Below, piece after piece: positions 1 through 8,986 of a stretch of 64,000 nt of DNA. Position 1 is the first letter of the stretch. Every line of letters begins with the position of its first letter. The notes under the pieces are model-generated. The model saw only the letters and a program-made list of their open reading frames with translations, made no database searches and was not told the DNA's origin. The position numbers were made by a program, and so were the translations under genes. The DNA is from Methanolinea sp. (GTDB taxonomy: Archaea; Halobacteriota; Methanomicrobia; Methanomicrobiales; Methanospirillaceae), in the NCBI GenBank assembly GCA_025453675.1, contig JALOPW010000002.1, forward strand, positions 17,913 through 81,912, given 5' to 3'.

Positions 1-1
1 C

Positions 2-181
2 TCTGCGGTGGCCTCAGATGCCTTCCTGCCCTTCCCGGACACTCTGGAGGTTTCAGCGGCAGCGGGCGCGACCGCACTGGTGCAGCCCGGTGGATCCATC
101 CGCGACAGGGAAGTCATCGAGGCTGCGAACCGCCTGAACATGACAATGGTATTTACCGGTGTTCGGCACTTCCGGCACTGA
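2..181 (+). CDS. purH: Bifunctional AICAR transformylase/IMP cyclohydrolase, 3' end (partial)
   Basis: Frame 2 translates to [13 protein letters not shown]...[10 protein letters not shown]...[11 protein letters not shown], the canonical PurH C-terminus. Confidence 0.95.
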   Translation, partial: SAVASDAFLPFPDTLEVSAAAGATALVQPGGSIRDREVIEAANRLNMTMVFTGVRHFRH

Positions 182-208
182 AAAAAACCACGATACCTCC
201 GTTTTTAA

Positions 209-266
209 AAGATACTTATAAATTACCGATGGTGGGAGCTATTCCTGCATAGAAGTGGCGATTCAT
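209..266 (+). promoter_or_regulatory. Putative BRE/TATA promoter and 5' leader of first DUF4013 gene
   Basis: AAGATAC-TTATAAAT; near-identical to 1167-1224. Confidence 0.6.
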
Positions 267-1088
267 ATGGATTATAGTACACTGATTGGCAACTCCTTTG
301 AATATGCAAAGGATGGTCTCGTGAAAAATATCGCAACCTGGATTATCCTGATACTGTTGACCGTGTTGCCGGTGATTCCATTCATTCTTGTGCTGATTCT
401 CATGTTGCCTTCATTGATGACAGGTGCGATGCCGGATATTCCAACGTTGGTTGGGGGATTTGTTGTCGCATTTCTTCTCGCAATAATCCTCAGCGCATTC
501 TACATGGGCTACCTGCTCAGGATACTGCGAGGTGAGGTTCCTCTACCGGTTGTCTCCGGATTCGGCAGGCTGTTCACCGATGGGATCAAGTACATCGTCA
601 TTGAAATCATCTATTTCTTACCCGTCCTCATCATCCTTGCACTGACCGCCGGAGCAGCGATACTGAGCGCACTGCCGATAATTACGGCAATGTCAGGGGA
701 ACCAGACCTGAATGCACTCCTTCCCATTATTGGGGGCGTAGTGGCTGGCGTTCTTATCGCGGTCATAGTGGCGTTCATCCTCGGGCTTTTTGCAATCATA
801 GGTCTTGTCCGGTTTGCCCGTACAGGGAAAATGGGCGAGGCTTTCAATTTCAGCGCTATTTTCGCTACCATTGGAAACATTGGATGGGGAACGTATATTG
901 TTGCCCTGATAATCATGGCTGTCCTTGTGGCAATCGTCCAGCTCATCGTCGGGCTGATTCCCTTCATCGGCGGATTTGTTCAGCTTCTGATAGCACCATT
1001 CATCTCCGTCTTTGTTGCCAGGTATCTCTGTATGGTATATGATTCTGCGGTAGATACCGTGGTACCTTCCTCAATTACTACACCCTGA
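267..1088 (+). CDS. DUF4013-family multi-pass membrane protein (paralog 1)
   Basis: MDY..L..SF.YAKDGL start; F.DG.K and RFARTG..GEAFNF motifs; ATG at 267 preferred over GTG at 255. Confidence 0.8.
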   Translation: MDYSTLIGNSFEYAKDGLVKNIATWIILILLTVLPVIPFILVLILMLPSLMTGAMPDIPTLVGGFVVAFLLAIILSAFYMGYLLRILRGEVPLPVVSGFGRLFTDGIKYIVIEIIYFLPVLIILALTAGAAILSALPIITAMSGEPDLNALLPIIGGVVAGVLIAVIVAFILGLFAIIGLVRFARTGKMGEAFNFSAIFATIGNIGWGTYIVALIIMAVLVAIVQLIVGLIPFIGGFVQLLIAPFISVFVARYLCMVYDSAVDTVVPSSITTP

Positions 1089-1166
1089 ATTCATTTTTTC
1101 GTAATTGTCCTGTCCTGCCGAACAGAAGGCTTTACACATTTCTTACATTGCGAAGAGCACTGCTCG

Positions 1167-1224
1167 AAGATACTATTAAATGACCGCTGATGGCACCTAT
1201 TGCTGCATATAAGTGGTGATTCAT
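1167..1224 (+). promoter_or_regulatory. Putative BRE/TATA promoter and 5' leader of second DUF4013 gene
   Basis: AAGATAC-TATTAAAT, GGTGAT RBS; duplicate of 209-266. Confidence 0.6.
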
Positions 1225-1929
1225 ATGGATTATGGCAACATGCTTGGAGACTCTCTCGGCTATGCGAAGGATGGCCTCGTCGGCCATTGGAAACGGTGGG
1301 TACTGCTGATCATCTCCACCATCATCTTTCCCCTGATGATGGGATACACGATGGAGATATGGAGGGGGAAGAAGCCCGCTCCCGAGCCGGAACAGTGGGG
1401 GAAAATGTTCATCGATGGCCTCAAGCTCCTGGTCGCTGCGATCATCTATGCGATACCCGTCATCCTTATCATCCTTGTATTTGGCGGATTCGCATTCTTC
1501 ACTGCTATCCAGGAAGCGGCAATGAGCGGGGACCCCGATTTCTTCACCAACAACATCGACACGCTCATGCCGCTCGTGGCAGCGTTCATGGTCGGGCTGC
1601 TGATCGCCTTCATCGTGGCCATCATTCTGGCTTTATTCTCGACCATCGGGTTCGTCCGGATGGCAAGGACCGAGAAGTTCGGCGAGGCATTCAACTTCGG
1701 TGCAATCCTCGAAACCATCAGGAAGATCGGATGGGGGAGCTACATCCTGGCCCTGATCATACTGTTCGTGGTGGCAGGGATCATCTGGTTCGTGATCAAC
1801 CTCTTCAATATGATCCCCTTCATCGGGTGGGTCATCACCCTTATCCTCCTCCCATTCCTGATCATCTTCGAGGCCCGGTACATCACCTGGGTCTACGAGT
1901 CATCGGGTGCTGCACAGGGCGCCAGTTGA
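1225..1929 (+). CDS. DUF4013-family multi-pass membrane protein (paralog 2)
   Basis: MDYGNMLGDSLGYAKDGL, WGKMFIDGLK, RMARTEKFGEAFNF; RBS GGTGAT upstream. Confidence 0.8.
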   Translation: MDYGNMLGDSLGYAKDGLVGHWKRWVLLIISTIIFPLMMGYTMEIWRGKKPAPEPEQWGKMFIDGLKLLVAAIIYAIPVILIILVFGGFAFFTAIQEAAMSGDPDFFTNNIDTLMPLVAAFMVGLLIAFIVAIILALFSTIGFVRMARTEKFGEAFNFGAILETIRKIGWGSYILALIILFVVAGIIWFVINLFNMIPFIGWVITLILLPFLIIFEARYITWVYESSGAAQGAS

Positions 1930-1994
1930 ATCGTTTCTACACCCATTTTTTTTTATACCCGCGGACACAAAGTATTCTCTGTGATGGGACTTCC

Positions 1995-2021
1995 ATGACA
2001 GATCGTTTTATTCTCCGGTAA
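1995..2021 (+). other. 8-codon [11 protein letters not shown] overlapping the 5' end of cimA in a different frame (candidate frameshift leader)
   Basis: ATG ACA GAT CGT TTT ATT CTC CGG TAA; GTGAT SD-like sequence at 1981-1985. Confidence 0.5.
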
Positions 2022-3510
2022 GATCCGGTTTTTTGACACCACCCTGCGGGATGGGGAGCAGACCCCCGGGGTCTCGCTGAATCCCGAGCAGAAACTTGAA
2101 ATCGCCTCCAGGCTCTCGGCCATCGGGGTGCACGTCATAGAAGCGGGATCAGTCGCCGCATCTGAGGGGGAGAGAGAGGCACTGCGTCGTATCGCCGATG
2201 CCGGGCTCCCGTCAGAGATCTGCACCTACGTCAGGGCTGTCGCGCAGGACATCGATTATGCCGCCGACTATGGGGCGGATTCAGTCCACCTGGTCATTCC
2301 TGTGAGTGACCTGCACATCCAGAAGAAGATGCGGAAGACCAGGGAAGAAATCTGCGAGATGGCTTTCAATGCCGTCAGCTATGCCAGAGAGCGTGGGCTG
2401 ATCGTGGAGCTCTCCGGGGAAGACGCCTCCCGGGCGGATCCCGCATTTATCAGGGAGATCTATACCGGTGGTCTGGAGCGGGGAGCCGAACGGCTCTGCT
2501 TCTGTGACACGGTGGGTCTGCTGACCCCTGAACGGGTGGTGGAGGTGATTCCCCCACTCTGTTTGGCACCTTTGAGTATCCACTGCCATGACGACCTGGG
2601 GATGGCCATGGCCAACACGGTCGCCGCGTTGCGGGCGGGCGCCCAGTGCGCTCACGTCACGGTCAACGGAATCGGCGAGCGGGCCGGGAACACCCCACTT
2701 GAGGAGCTGGTGATGGCGCTCGAACTGCTCTACCGGTATCCCACCGGGATCCGCACCGAGGAGATCTACCACCTCTCCTCCCTCGTATCCCGGATGACGG
2801 GGGTTCCGCTTCCCACCAACAAGGCAATCGTGGGAGAGATGGCATTCACCCACGAGAGCGGGATCCATGCCCACGGCGTCCTGCGGGAGCCGAGCACCTA
2901 CGAACCGGTGCCCCCCGAGAGGGTGGGGAGGAAACGCCGCATCATGCTCGGCAAGCACTCGGGATCTGCCTCTGTAGAGGCAGCCCTCTCCGAGATGCAC
3001 TACCATCCCGATGAGAGCCAGTTGAAGGAGATCTTAAAAAGGATCAAGGCCCTGGGAGACAAGGGGACGCGCATCACCGACACCGACCTCATCGCCGTTG
3101 CAGAGGCTGTGATGGCTATCGAGTGCCGTCCGGTCCTGAGGATGAAGCAGTTCACCGTGGTGAGCGGGAGCAACGTCATCCCCACTGCCTCGGTCACCCT
3201 GGAGGTGAAAGGAGAGGAGGTCACCGGCGCGTCCACGGGTGCAGGGCCCGTCGACGCGGCCATGGAAGCCCTCCGGAGATCGGTCGCTGCGGTCGCCGAT
3301 ATCCGGCTCGAGGAATACCACGTGGACGCCATCCACGGCGGAACTGACGCGCTCGTGGACGTGACGGTAAGATTAAGTAAGGACGGAAAGATAATTACGT
3401 CTCGCGGCGCCCGCACGGACATTATCATGGCCAGTGTAGAAGCGGTGATCGCCGGCATGAACAGACTTCTGAGGGAAGAGAATGAAGACCGGAGCCAAAA
3501 TACTCATTGA
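1995..3510 (+). CDS. cimA: (R)-citramalate synthase (LeuA/CimA family); start anomalous, main frame open from 1999 to 3510
   Basis: [15 protein letters not shown] at 2029 onward (upstream of the ORF-track start 2128), [45 protein letters not shown]-terminal regulatory domain [17 protein letters not shown] and GGTDA signatures favour CimA over LeuA. Confidence 0.8.
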
Positions 3511-5158
3511 AGGGCTGCAACGCGAAGGGGTGGAGACTATATTCGGCTACCCCGGCGGTGTAGTGTTGCCGATCTATGATGAACTTTACAATTCGTCATT
3601 GCGGCACATCCTCGTACGGCATGAACAGGCAGCCGCCCATGCCGCTGACGGGTTTGCCCGTGCCAGCGGCAGGGTTGGTGTATGCCTGGCCACCTCCGGT
3701 CCGGGGGCCTGCAACCTGGTCACAGGGATTGCAACCGCCTACATGGACTCCGTCCCCATCGTGGCCCTGACCGGGCAGGTCCCGACAAGCCTGCTTGGGA
3801 ACGACGCCTTCCAGGAGTCGGATATCACCGGGATCACGCTCCCGATCACCAAGCACAATTACCTCGTCAAAAGGACCGAGGACCTGGGCCACGTGATCAG
3901 GGAGGCCTTCTATATCTCCCGGACCGGCAGACCCGGGCCGGTGCTGATAGATCTCCCCAAGGATGTCAGCACGAAGGAGATCTCCTATGAATTCCCTGCA
4001 TCTGATGAGGTGAATCTCCGGGGCTACCAGCCGACCTACAAGGGGCACACCCGGCAGATAGACAAGGCCATCGAGATGATAATGGAGGCCGAGAGGCCGC
4101 TCCTCTACATCGGGGGCGGAGTGATCGCTTCGAATGCTGCAGGAGAGCTGGTGAAGCTCGCCGAGAGCATGATGATCCCGGTGACAACCACCCTCATGGG
4201 CCTCGGCGCCATCCCCTGCGACCATCCCCTCAACCTGGGGATGCTTGGCATGCACGGGACCAGGTATGCCAACTACGCAGTCACCGAGTCGGATCTCCTC
4301 ATCTCCATCGGGGTGCGTTTCGATGACCGGGTGACCGGGAAACTGGATACTTTCGCGTCCCAGGCCCGCATCATCCATATCGACATCGACCCTGCGGAGA
4401 TTGGGAAGAACAAGAAAGTGGATGTACCCATCGTGGGGGACTCGAAATCGGTCCTCCAGGAGATGCTGGCGAGGATCCAGAAGAAGAAGGACTACCAGAA
4501 ATGGATGTCCCGCATCCGCACCTGGAAGGAGAAATACCCCATGAAATACCCGCAGGACGGGGCATTGCGTCCCCAGTTCGTGATTGAGCAGCTCTCCGAA
4601 CTGCTCAAGGGCGAGGGGATCATCGTGAGCGAGGTGGGGCAGAACCAGATGTGGACCGCCCAGTACTACTGTTTCCGCCACCCCCGGACATGGATCACTT
4701 CAGGGGGGCTCGGGACCATGGGGTATGGCTTCCCCGCGGCGATGGGTGCACACTTCGCCCGGCCCGACCAGGTGGTCTTCGATATCGCCGGGGACGGGAG
4801 TTTCCAGATGAACATCCAGGAGCTTGGGACAGTCTCCCATTACCAGATCCCGGTCAAGGTGGCCATCCTGAACAACCGGTTCCTGGGGATGGTCCGGCAG
4901 TGGCAGGAACTCTTCTATGACCGCCGTTACTCCTACACCGAGCTTCCGCCCGTCGACTTCGTGAAGATTGCCAACGCCTACGGGATCGAGGGGATCCGGG
5001 TGGAGGACTGCAAGGATGTGAGGCCGGCGCTCCAGGCTGCCATCGAGACCGAAGGTCCCTTTGTCCTGGACTTCCGGGTGGAGCGGGAGGAGAACGTCTT
5101 CCCCATGGTCCCTGCCGGGGCAGCCATCAACGAGATGATCGGGGGGCACATCGAATGA
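3482..5158 (+). CDS. ilvB: Acetolactate synthase large subunit
   Basis: FGYPGG, RHEQ, ATSGPG, TPP motif GDGSFQMN...[10 protein letters not shown]. Confidence 0.95.
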   Translation: MKTGAKILIEGLQREGVETIFGYPGGVVLPIYDELYNSSLRHILVRHEQAAAHAADGFARASGRVGVCLATSGPGACNLVTGIATAYMDSVPIVALTGQVPTSLLGNDAFQESDITGITLPITKHNYLVKRTEDLGHVIREAFYISRTGRPGPVLIDLPKDVSTKEISYEFPASDEVNLRGYQPTYKGHTRQIDKAIEMIMEAERPLLYIGGGVIASNAAGELVKLAESMMIPVTTTLMGLGAIPCDHPLNLGMLGMHGTRYANYAVTESDLLISIGVRFDDRVTGKLDTFASQARIIHIDIDPAEIGKNKKVDVPIVGDSKSVLQEMLARIQKKKDYQKWMSRIRTWKEKYPMKYPQDGALRPQFVIEQLSELLKGEGIIVSEVGQNQMWTAQYYCFRHPRTWITSGGLGTMGYGFPAAMGAHFARPDQVVFDIAGDGSFQMNIQELGTVSHYQIPVKVAILNNRFLGMVRQWQELFYDRRYSYTELPPVDFVKIANAYGIEGIRVEDCKDVRPALQAAIETEGPFVLDFRVEREENVFPMVPAGAAINEMIGGHIE

Positions 5159-5658
5159 AGCCGCACACCCTGAGCGTGCTCGTGGAGAACAGGCCGGGTG
5201 TCCTCTCCAGGGTCACCGGGCTCTTCTCGCGACGTGGTTTCAATATCGAGAGCCTGGCGGTCGGCGTGTGCGAGGAGCCGGAAATGAGCCGCATCACCAT
5301 CGTCTGCATCGGAGACGATGCACAGATAGAGCAGGTGATGAAGCAACTGAACAAGCTGATCGATGTGATCAAGGTCTCAGATATCACCGAGAACGACCGG
5401 GTGGAGCGGGAACTGGCCCTCGTCAAGGTCACCGCCGAGCCCGGGAGCAGCAGGGCTGAGATCATGCAGATAGCGAGCATCTTTCGTGCCCAGATCATCG
5501 ACGTGGGAACAAGGACGGTGGTGCTCTCTATCACCGGGGACACGGAGAAGATTGATGCCCTGGAGAAGCTCCTCCGCCAGTACGGGGTCAAGGAGCTGGT
5601 CCGGACAGGAAAGATCGCCATCCTCCGGGGCGCAAAGACGGTAAAAAGCACAAAATAA
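5155..5658 (+). CDS. ilvN: Acetolactate synthase small (regulatory) subunit
   Basis: [29 protein letters not shown] domain; ATGA overlap with ilvB. Confidence 0.95.
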   Translation: MKPHTLSVLVENRPGVLSRVTGLFSRRGFNIESLAVGVCEEPEMSRITIVCIGDDAQIEQVMKQLNKLIDVIKVSDITENDRVERELALVKVTAEPGSSRAEIMQIASIFRAQIIDVGTRTVVLSITGDTEKIDALEKLLRQYGVKELVRTGKIAILRGAKTVKSTK

Positions 5659-5698
5659 CACCACACTTTTTCAGCCTCCTCGCGATTACGCATTCGAT

Positions 5699-6114
5699 GG
5701 AACCCTCGCGGCCTTTCTCGCTTCGGTTAAAGATTCCAATCAACTCGAATCATGGTTTAATTAAAATCGCACTCCCCCTCATACGCTCCAGGGGCTCAGC
5801 CCGCACGTTTTCGCATCCCCCCGATGCGATAAACCCGAGTGCTGGAGAACAGGTTAGAATTGGATATCCTCCGGAACACCCTGCCCATGGACTATCCTCA
5901 TAGTGGGGGGAGGGGTTCGGGAGGGGGGATTCTCCCCCCTCCCGTCTGAGGGAGACCCAAAATCACAAGTTGTGGCGACCGCCAGATACCAATGGTTTCC
6001 AAAGGCGAAGCCTTCGATGGGATAAGAGGAGCGGAGCCCTCGCAGCGTTTCCCCCTTCGGTTAAAAATCCCAATCAACTCGAATCGTTGTTTAATTAATA
6101 CCGCACTCCCCTTC
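5699..6114. repeat. Imperfect ~82-bp direct repeat pair (5699-5780 and 6033-6114)
   Basis: GGAACCCTCGC...CTTCGGTTAAAGATTCCAATCAACTCGAATC...CGCACTCCCC vs GGAGCCCTCGC...CTTCGGTTAAAAATCCCAATCAACTCGAATC...CGCACTCCCC. Confidence 0.85.
5768..5950 (+). repeat. Dispersed structured intergenic repeat, family A, copy 1
   Basis: CGCACTCCCC...ACGCTCCAGGGGCTC...ATGCGATA..CCCGAGTGCTGG...CCCTGCCCA...GGGAGGGGGGATTCTCCCCCCTCCCGTCT, similar to 42123-42308 and revcomp 25737-25878. Confidence 0.85.
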
Positions 6115-6136
6115 CCCCGATTCTATTCCCGCAGTC

Positions 6137-6589
6137 TCAATCCTTCGCCCTGAAGACCAGCCAGTCGTGCTCTCCCGCCCTTTTAAACTTTACCAGGAGG
6201 TATCTCCCCGAGAGTCTGGTGCCTTCCAGCACCACCTCGATCTTCTCCTTCTCCCAGGTGTTGACGCTGAAGGTGCCACGGTCCCATATCCGCACTTCCC
6301 CTGCACCATACTCCCCCTCGGGGATGCTCCCCTCGAAGTCCGCGTAGGAAAGGGGGTGGTCCTCGGTCCGGACTGCAAGGTGCTTTTCCCCCGGCGACTC
6401 AGGAATTCCTTTTGGCACTGCAAATGAGACGAGCACCCCCTGGTGCTCCAGCCTGAGATCGAAATGGTGGTGGCTCGATTGGTGTTCATGGACCACAAAT
6501 ATGGGGATATCACTCCCTTCCGCCATTCTCCCATCCGGTTCAGGGGTTTTTGAAAAATCTCTCTTTTGTGTATACTCGTGCAGTGTCAT
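6137..6589 (-). CDS. Stand-alone LigD 3'-phosphoesterase (PE) domain protein
   Basis: MTLHEYTQKRDFSKTPEP, FVVHEH...HFDLRLE..GVLVSFAVPKG, LAVRTEDHPLSYADFEGSIPEGEYGAG.V.IWDRG; start trimmed to ATG 6589. Confidence 0.9.
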   Translation of the reverse strand: MTLHEYTQKRDFSKTPEPDGRMAEGSDIPIFVVHEHQSSHHHFDLRLEHQGVLVSFAVPKGIPESPGEKHLAVRTEDHPLSYADFEGSIPEGEYGAGEVRIWDRGTFSVNTWEKEKIEVVLEGTRLSGRYLLVKFKRAGEHDWLVFRAKD

Positions 6590-6698
6590 GAGCGCAACTC
6601 TGGGTTCCAGGAGTCCTGCCTTCTCCTTCCGCAGAAAAAATAAGGCAGGATAGCACACCTGTGAATGGTCAATCATATAATCCCTCCCGTAAAATACT

Positions 6699-8012
6699 AT
6701 GTTCGTGCGCACACTCATCCTTGGAGGGGGCCTTACCGGCATCACCCTGGCCCGCCTGCTGCACCAGCGTGGACAGCAGGTCACTGTACTCGAGGCTGAA
6801 CAGTCCATCGGGGGTCTCTGCCGTTCCCGCACAGAGAACGGGTTCACGTTTGATACCGGCGGATCCCACATCATCTTCTCCCGGGATACAGAGGTGCTGC
6901 AGTTCATGCAGGATATTCTCGGCTCCAACAAAGAGAAGAGGACAAGGAATACCAGGATCATGTTCCGGAACATCCTGGTGAAGTACCCGTTCGAGAACGG
7001 CCTTGCTGCCCTGCCGAAGGATGACCTTTTCTTCTGCATCAATGAATTCATCAAGACCTACCTGAAAGCAGAGAAAGGGGAGATCCCCCCGCCTGCAAAC
7101 TTCCAGGAATGGATTTACGCCACCTTTGGGAGGGGGATCGCAGAGCTCTACCTGATCCCTTATAACGAGAAGATCTGGAACTTTCCCCCGGCATCGATGT
7201 CAGCCCACTGGGTGGAGGGAAGGATACCCAGGCCTCCTGTGGAGGACGTGCTGAAGTCAGCGATCGGGATCGAGACGGAGGGTTACACCCACCAGTCGGT
7301 CTTCTCCTACCCGGCCGAGGGGGGGATCGAGGCCCTGGTCACGTCAATCAGCCGGGGGCTGGAGGAGTCCATCCTGACCGGCTTTCCTGTCCGCTCCCTG
7401 GCCTTTCGGGACGGGGTCTGGGAAGCCGGTGATGGAGACCGGACAGTCACTGGCGATCGGGTGATCAGCACCATCCCGCTCCAGCACCTCCTCCCCTGCC
7501 TTGACGAAGTCCCAAGAGAGGTGCAGAACGCGGTCAGTGCCCTCCGCTACAATTCCGTGTGCTGTGTCCAGGTAGGAATCCGCGGATCAGTGCCGGAGAT
7601 CTCGTGGCTCTATATCCCCAATAAAGAGCAGGGCCTGGCGAACCGGATCTCGTTCCCTTCCAATTTCAGCAGCCACGTGGCTCCCGCGGGCCATGCAGCG
7701 ATCCTTGCCGAGATCACCTATAACAAAGGGGATTCTGTGTCCCGCATGACTGATGACCAGCTTGTCAGCCACGTGATCGATTCGCTCGGGAAGATGGGGT
7801 TCCTCTCCCCGGACCAGGTGGTGCATACCGCGGTGGACAGGCAGAAGTTCGCCTACGTGGTGTACGACCTGGCATATACCACACATATCCGGATCATACG
7901 CGAATACTTCAGGAACCGCGGGATCACCCTGGTGGGAAGATTCTCACAGTTTGAGTATCTGAACATGGACGGATGCATCCGACAGGCAATGGATTGCGTG
8001 AGGGCGTTATGA
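6699..8012 (+). CDS. FAD-dependent oxidoreductase, UDP-galactopyranose mutase/protoporphyrinogen oxidase-like
   Basis: GGGLTG dinucleotide fold, IGGLCRS, FDTGGSHIIFS, PYNEKIW, GRFSQFEYLNMD. Confidence 0.75.
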   Translation: MFVRTLILGGGLTGITLARLLHQRGQQVTVLEAEQSIGGLCRSRTENGFTFDTGGSHIIFSRDTEVLQFMQDILGSNKEKRTRNTRIMFRNILVKYPFENGLAALPKDDLFFCINEFIKTYLKAEKGEIPPPANFQEWIYATFGRGIAELYLIPYNEKIWNFPPASMSAHWVEGRIPRPPVEDVLKSAIGIETEGYTHQSVFSYPAEGGIEALVTSISRGLEESILTGFPVRSLAFRDGVWEAGDGDRTVTGDRVISTIPLQHLLPCLDEVPREVQNAVSALRYNSVCCVQVGIRGSVPEISWLYIPNKEQGLANRISFPSNFSSHVAPAGHAAILAEITYNKGDSVSRMTDDQLVSHVIDSLGKMGFLSPDQVVHTAVDRQKFAYVVYDLAYTTHIRIIREYFRNRGITLVGRFSQFEYLNMDGCIRQAMDCVRAL

Positions 8013-8986
8013 TGAAGATCAATTTTTTCGTCGAAGACATGCTCTTCTTCCGGTATATCGGGTGTGCAACGGTTGCAAAGACACTCTACAGGCAACTCCA
8101 GGGTGAGCTGGGAATAGAGGTCTCCTGGAAGAGTTTTTCCAACCACGCAGATATCGTGCATTTCCACACCTTCGGCCCCATCGCCGGCCTCAACCGCCGG
8201 ATGGCTCGGGGAAAGAAGATACTCACCGCCCACTCCACCCCCAGAATCAACATGGGGAACATCGCCCTCGCACGGGCCATCAACAAGAGATATCCAAAGA
8301 TCTACCGGAGGTTCGACCATATCATCACGATATCCCGGCCCTGCCACGAGGAGGTTACCACCATGATCCCGGATATGCCGGTCACGATGATCCCAAACGG
8401 CGTCAACAGGGACTTCTTCAGGAGGGACGAGGAGAAGGGGGCCGCATTCCGGGAGTCTTACAAAATCCCCGAAGACCAGGAGGTGGTGCTCACCGTGGCC
8501 CAGCAGACTCCACGCAAGGGCCTGTACGACTTCCTGGCACTCTCCCGCATGTTTCCCGAGAAAAAATTCATCTGGATTGGGGGGTTCCCTTATGGGGCCC
8601 TCTCGAAGGATTACGGGAAGATCAAGCAGCTGAAGTTACGTTGCGGAGAGAATGTGCTCTTCCCCGGTTACGTGAATGATATACTCAAGCCCTACAGCGC
8701 TGCTGATATCTTCTTTATGCCCTCGTATGCCGAGACCTTCGGACTGGTTATCCTGGAAGCCCTCTCCTCTGGCCTCCCGGTCATCGCCCGGGACATCCCG
8801 GAGTTCCGGGACATTTACGGGGATAATATTCTTTATTTCTCGAAGAAACCTGATGCAATTGCCATGCTGGAAGATCATGCCGCATTAAGGCGTTGCGCAG
8901 GCGGAGCAAGGGATTTCACGTCGCAGTTTGATTTAAAAGATATTGCCGCACAGCATATACGGTTATACAGGGAGCTTGCAGAATGA
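8009..8986 (+). CDS. Glycosyltransferase family 4 (GT-B)
   Basis: IPNGV, RKG, PSYAETFGLVILEALSSGLPVIARDIP; ATGA overlap with upstream gene. Confidence 0.9.
   Translation: MMKINFFVEDMLFFRYIGCATVAKTLYRQLQGELGIEVSWKSFSNHADIVHFHTFGPIAGLNRRMARGKKILTAHSTPRINMGNIALARAINKRYPKIYRRFDHIITISRPCHEEVTTMIPDMPVTMIPNGVNRDFFRRDEEKGAAFRESYKIPEDQEVVLTVAQQTPRKGLYDFLALSRMFPEKKFIWIGGFPYGALSKDYGKIKQLKLRCGENVLFPGYVNDILKPYSAADIFFMPSYAETFGLVILEALSSGLPVIARDIPEFRDIYGDNILYFSKKPDAIAMLEDHAALRRCAGGARDFTSQFDLKDIAAQHIRLYRELAE

Noticed and set aside
1984..2001. Selenocysteine or stop-codon readthrough of the in-frame TGA at 1996 as the cimA start
   Set aside because: The position is non-catalytic, no SECIS is evident, and Methanomicrobiales are not known to use Sec; kept only as a minor alternative.
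1200..2021. 273-aa alternate-frame ORF over the second DUF4013 gene
   Set aside because: Shadow frame with non-protein-like composition; only its last 8 codons are of interest.
2128..2130. ORF-track GTG start for cimA
   Set aside because: It would remove the essential DTTLRDGEQ motif.
3596..4681. Long antisense ORFs (also 16199-17320, 21109-22092, 23132-24172, 24051-25211, 38285-39442)
   Set aside because: Expected opposite GC3-rich genes; each overlaps a well-identified CDS.
5697..5903. Small ORFs within repeat family A (also 25729-26110)
   Set aside because: Frames are not conserved between repeat copies.
5699..6114. Possible CRISPR array
   Set aside because: Only two long imperfect repeats 334 bp apart; no regular repeat-spacer pattern and no cas genes.
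6590..7054. N-terminal extension of the LigD PE ORF
   Set aside because: It overlaps the divergent oxidoreductase; homology begins at MTLHEY (6589).
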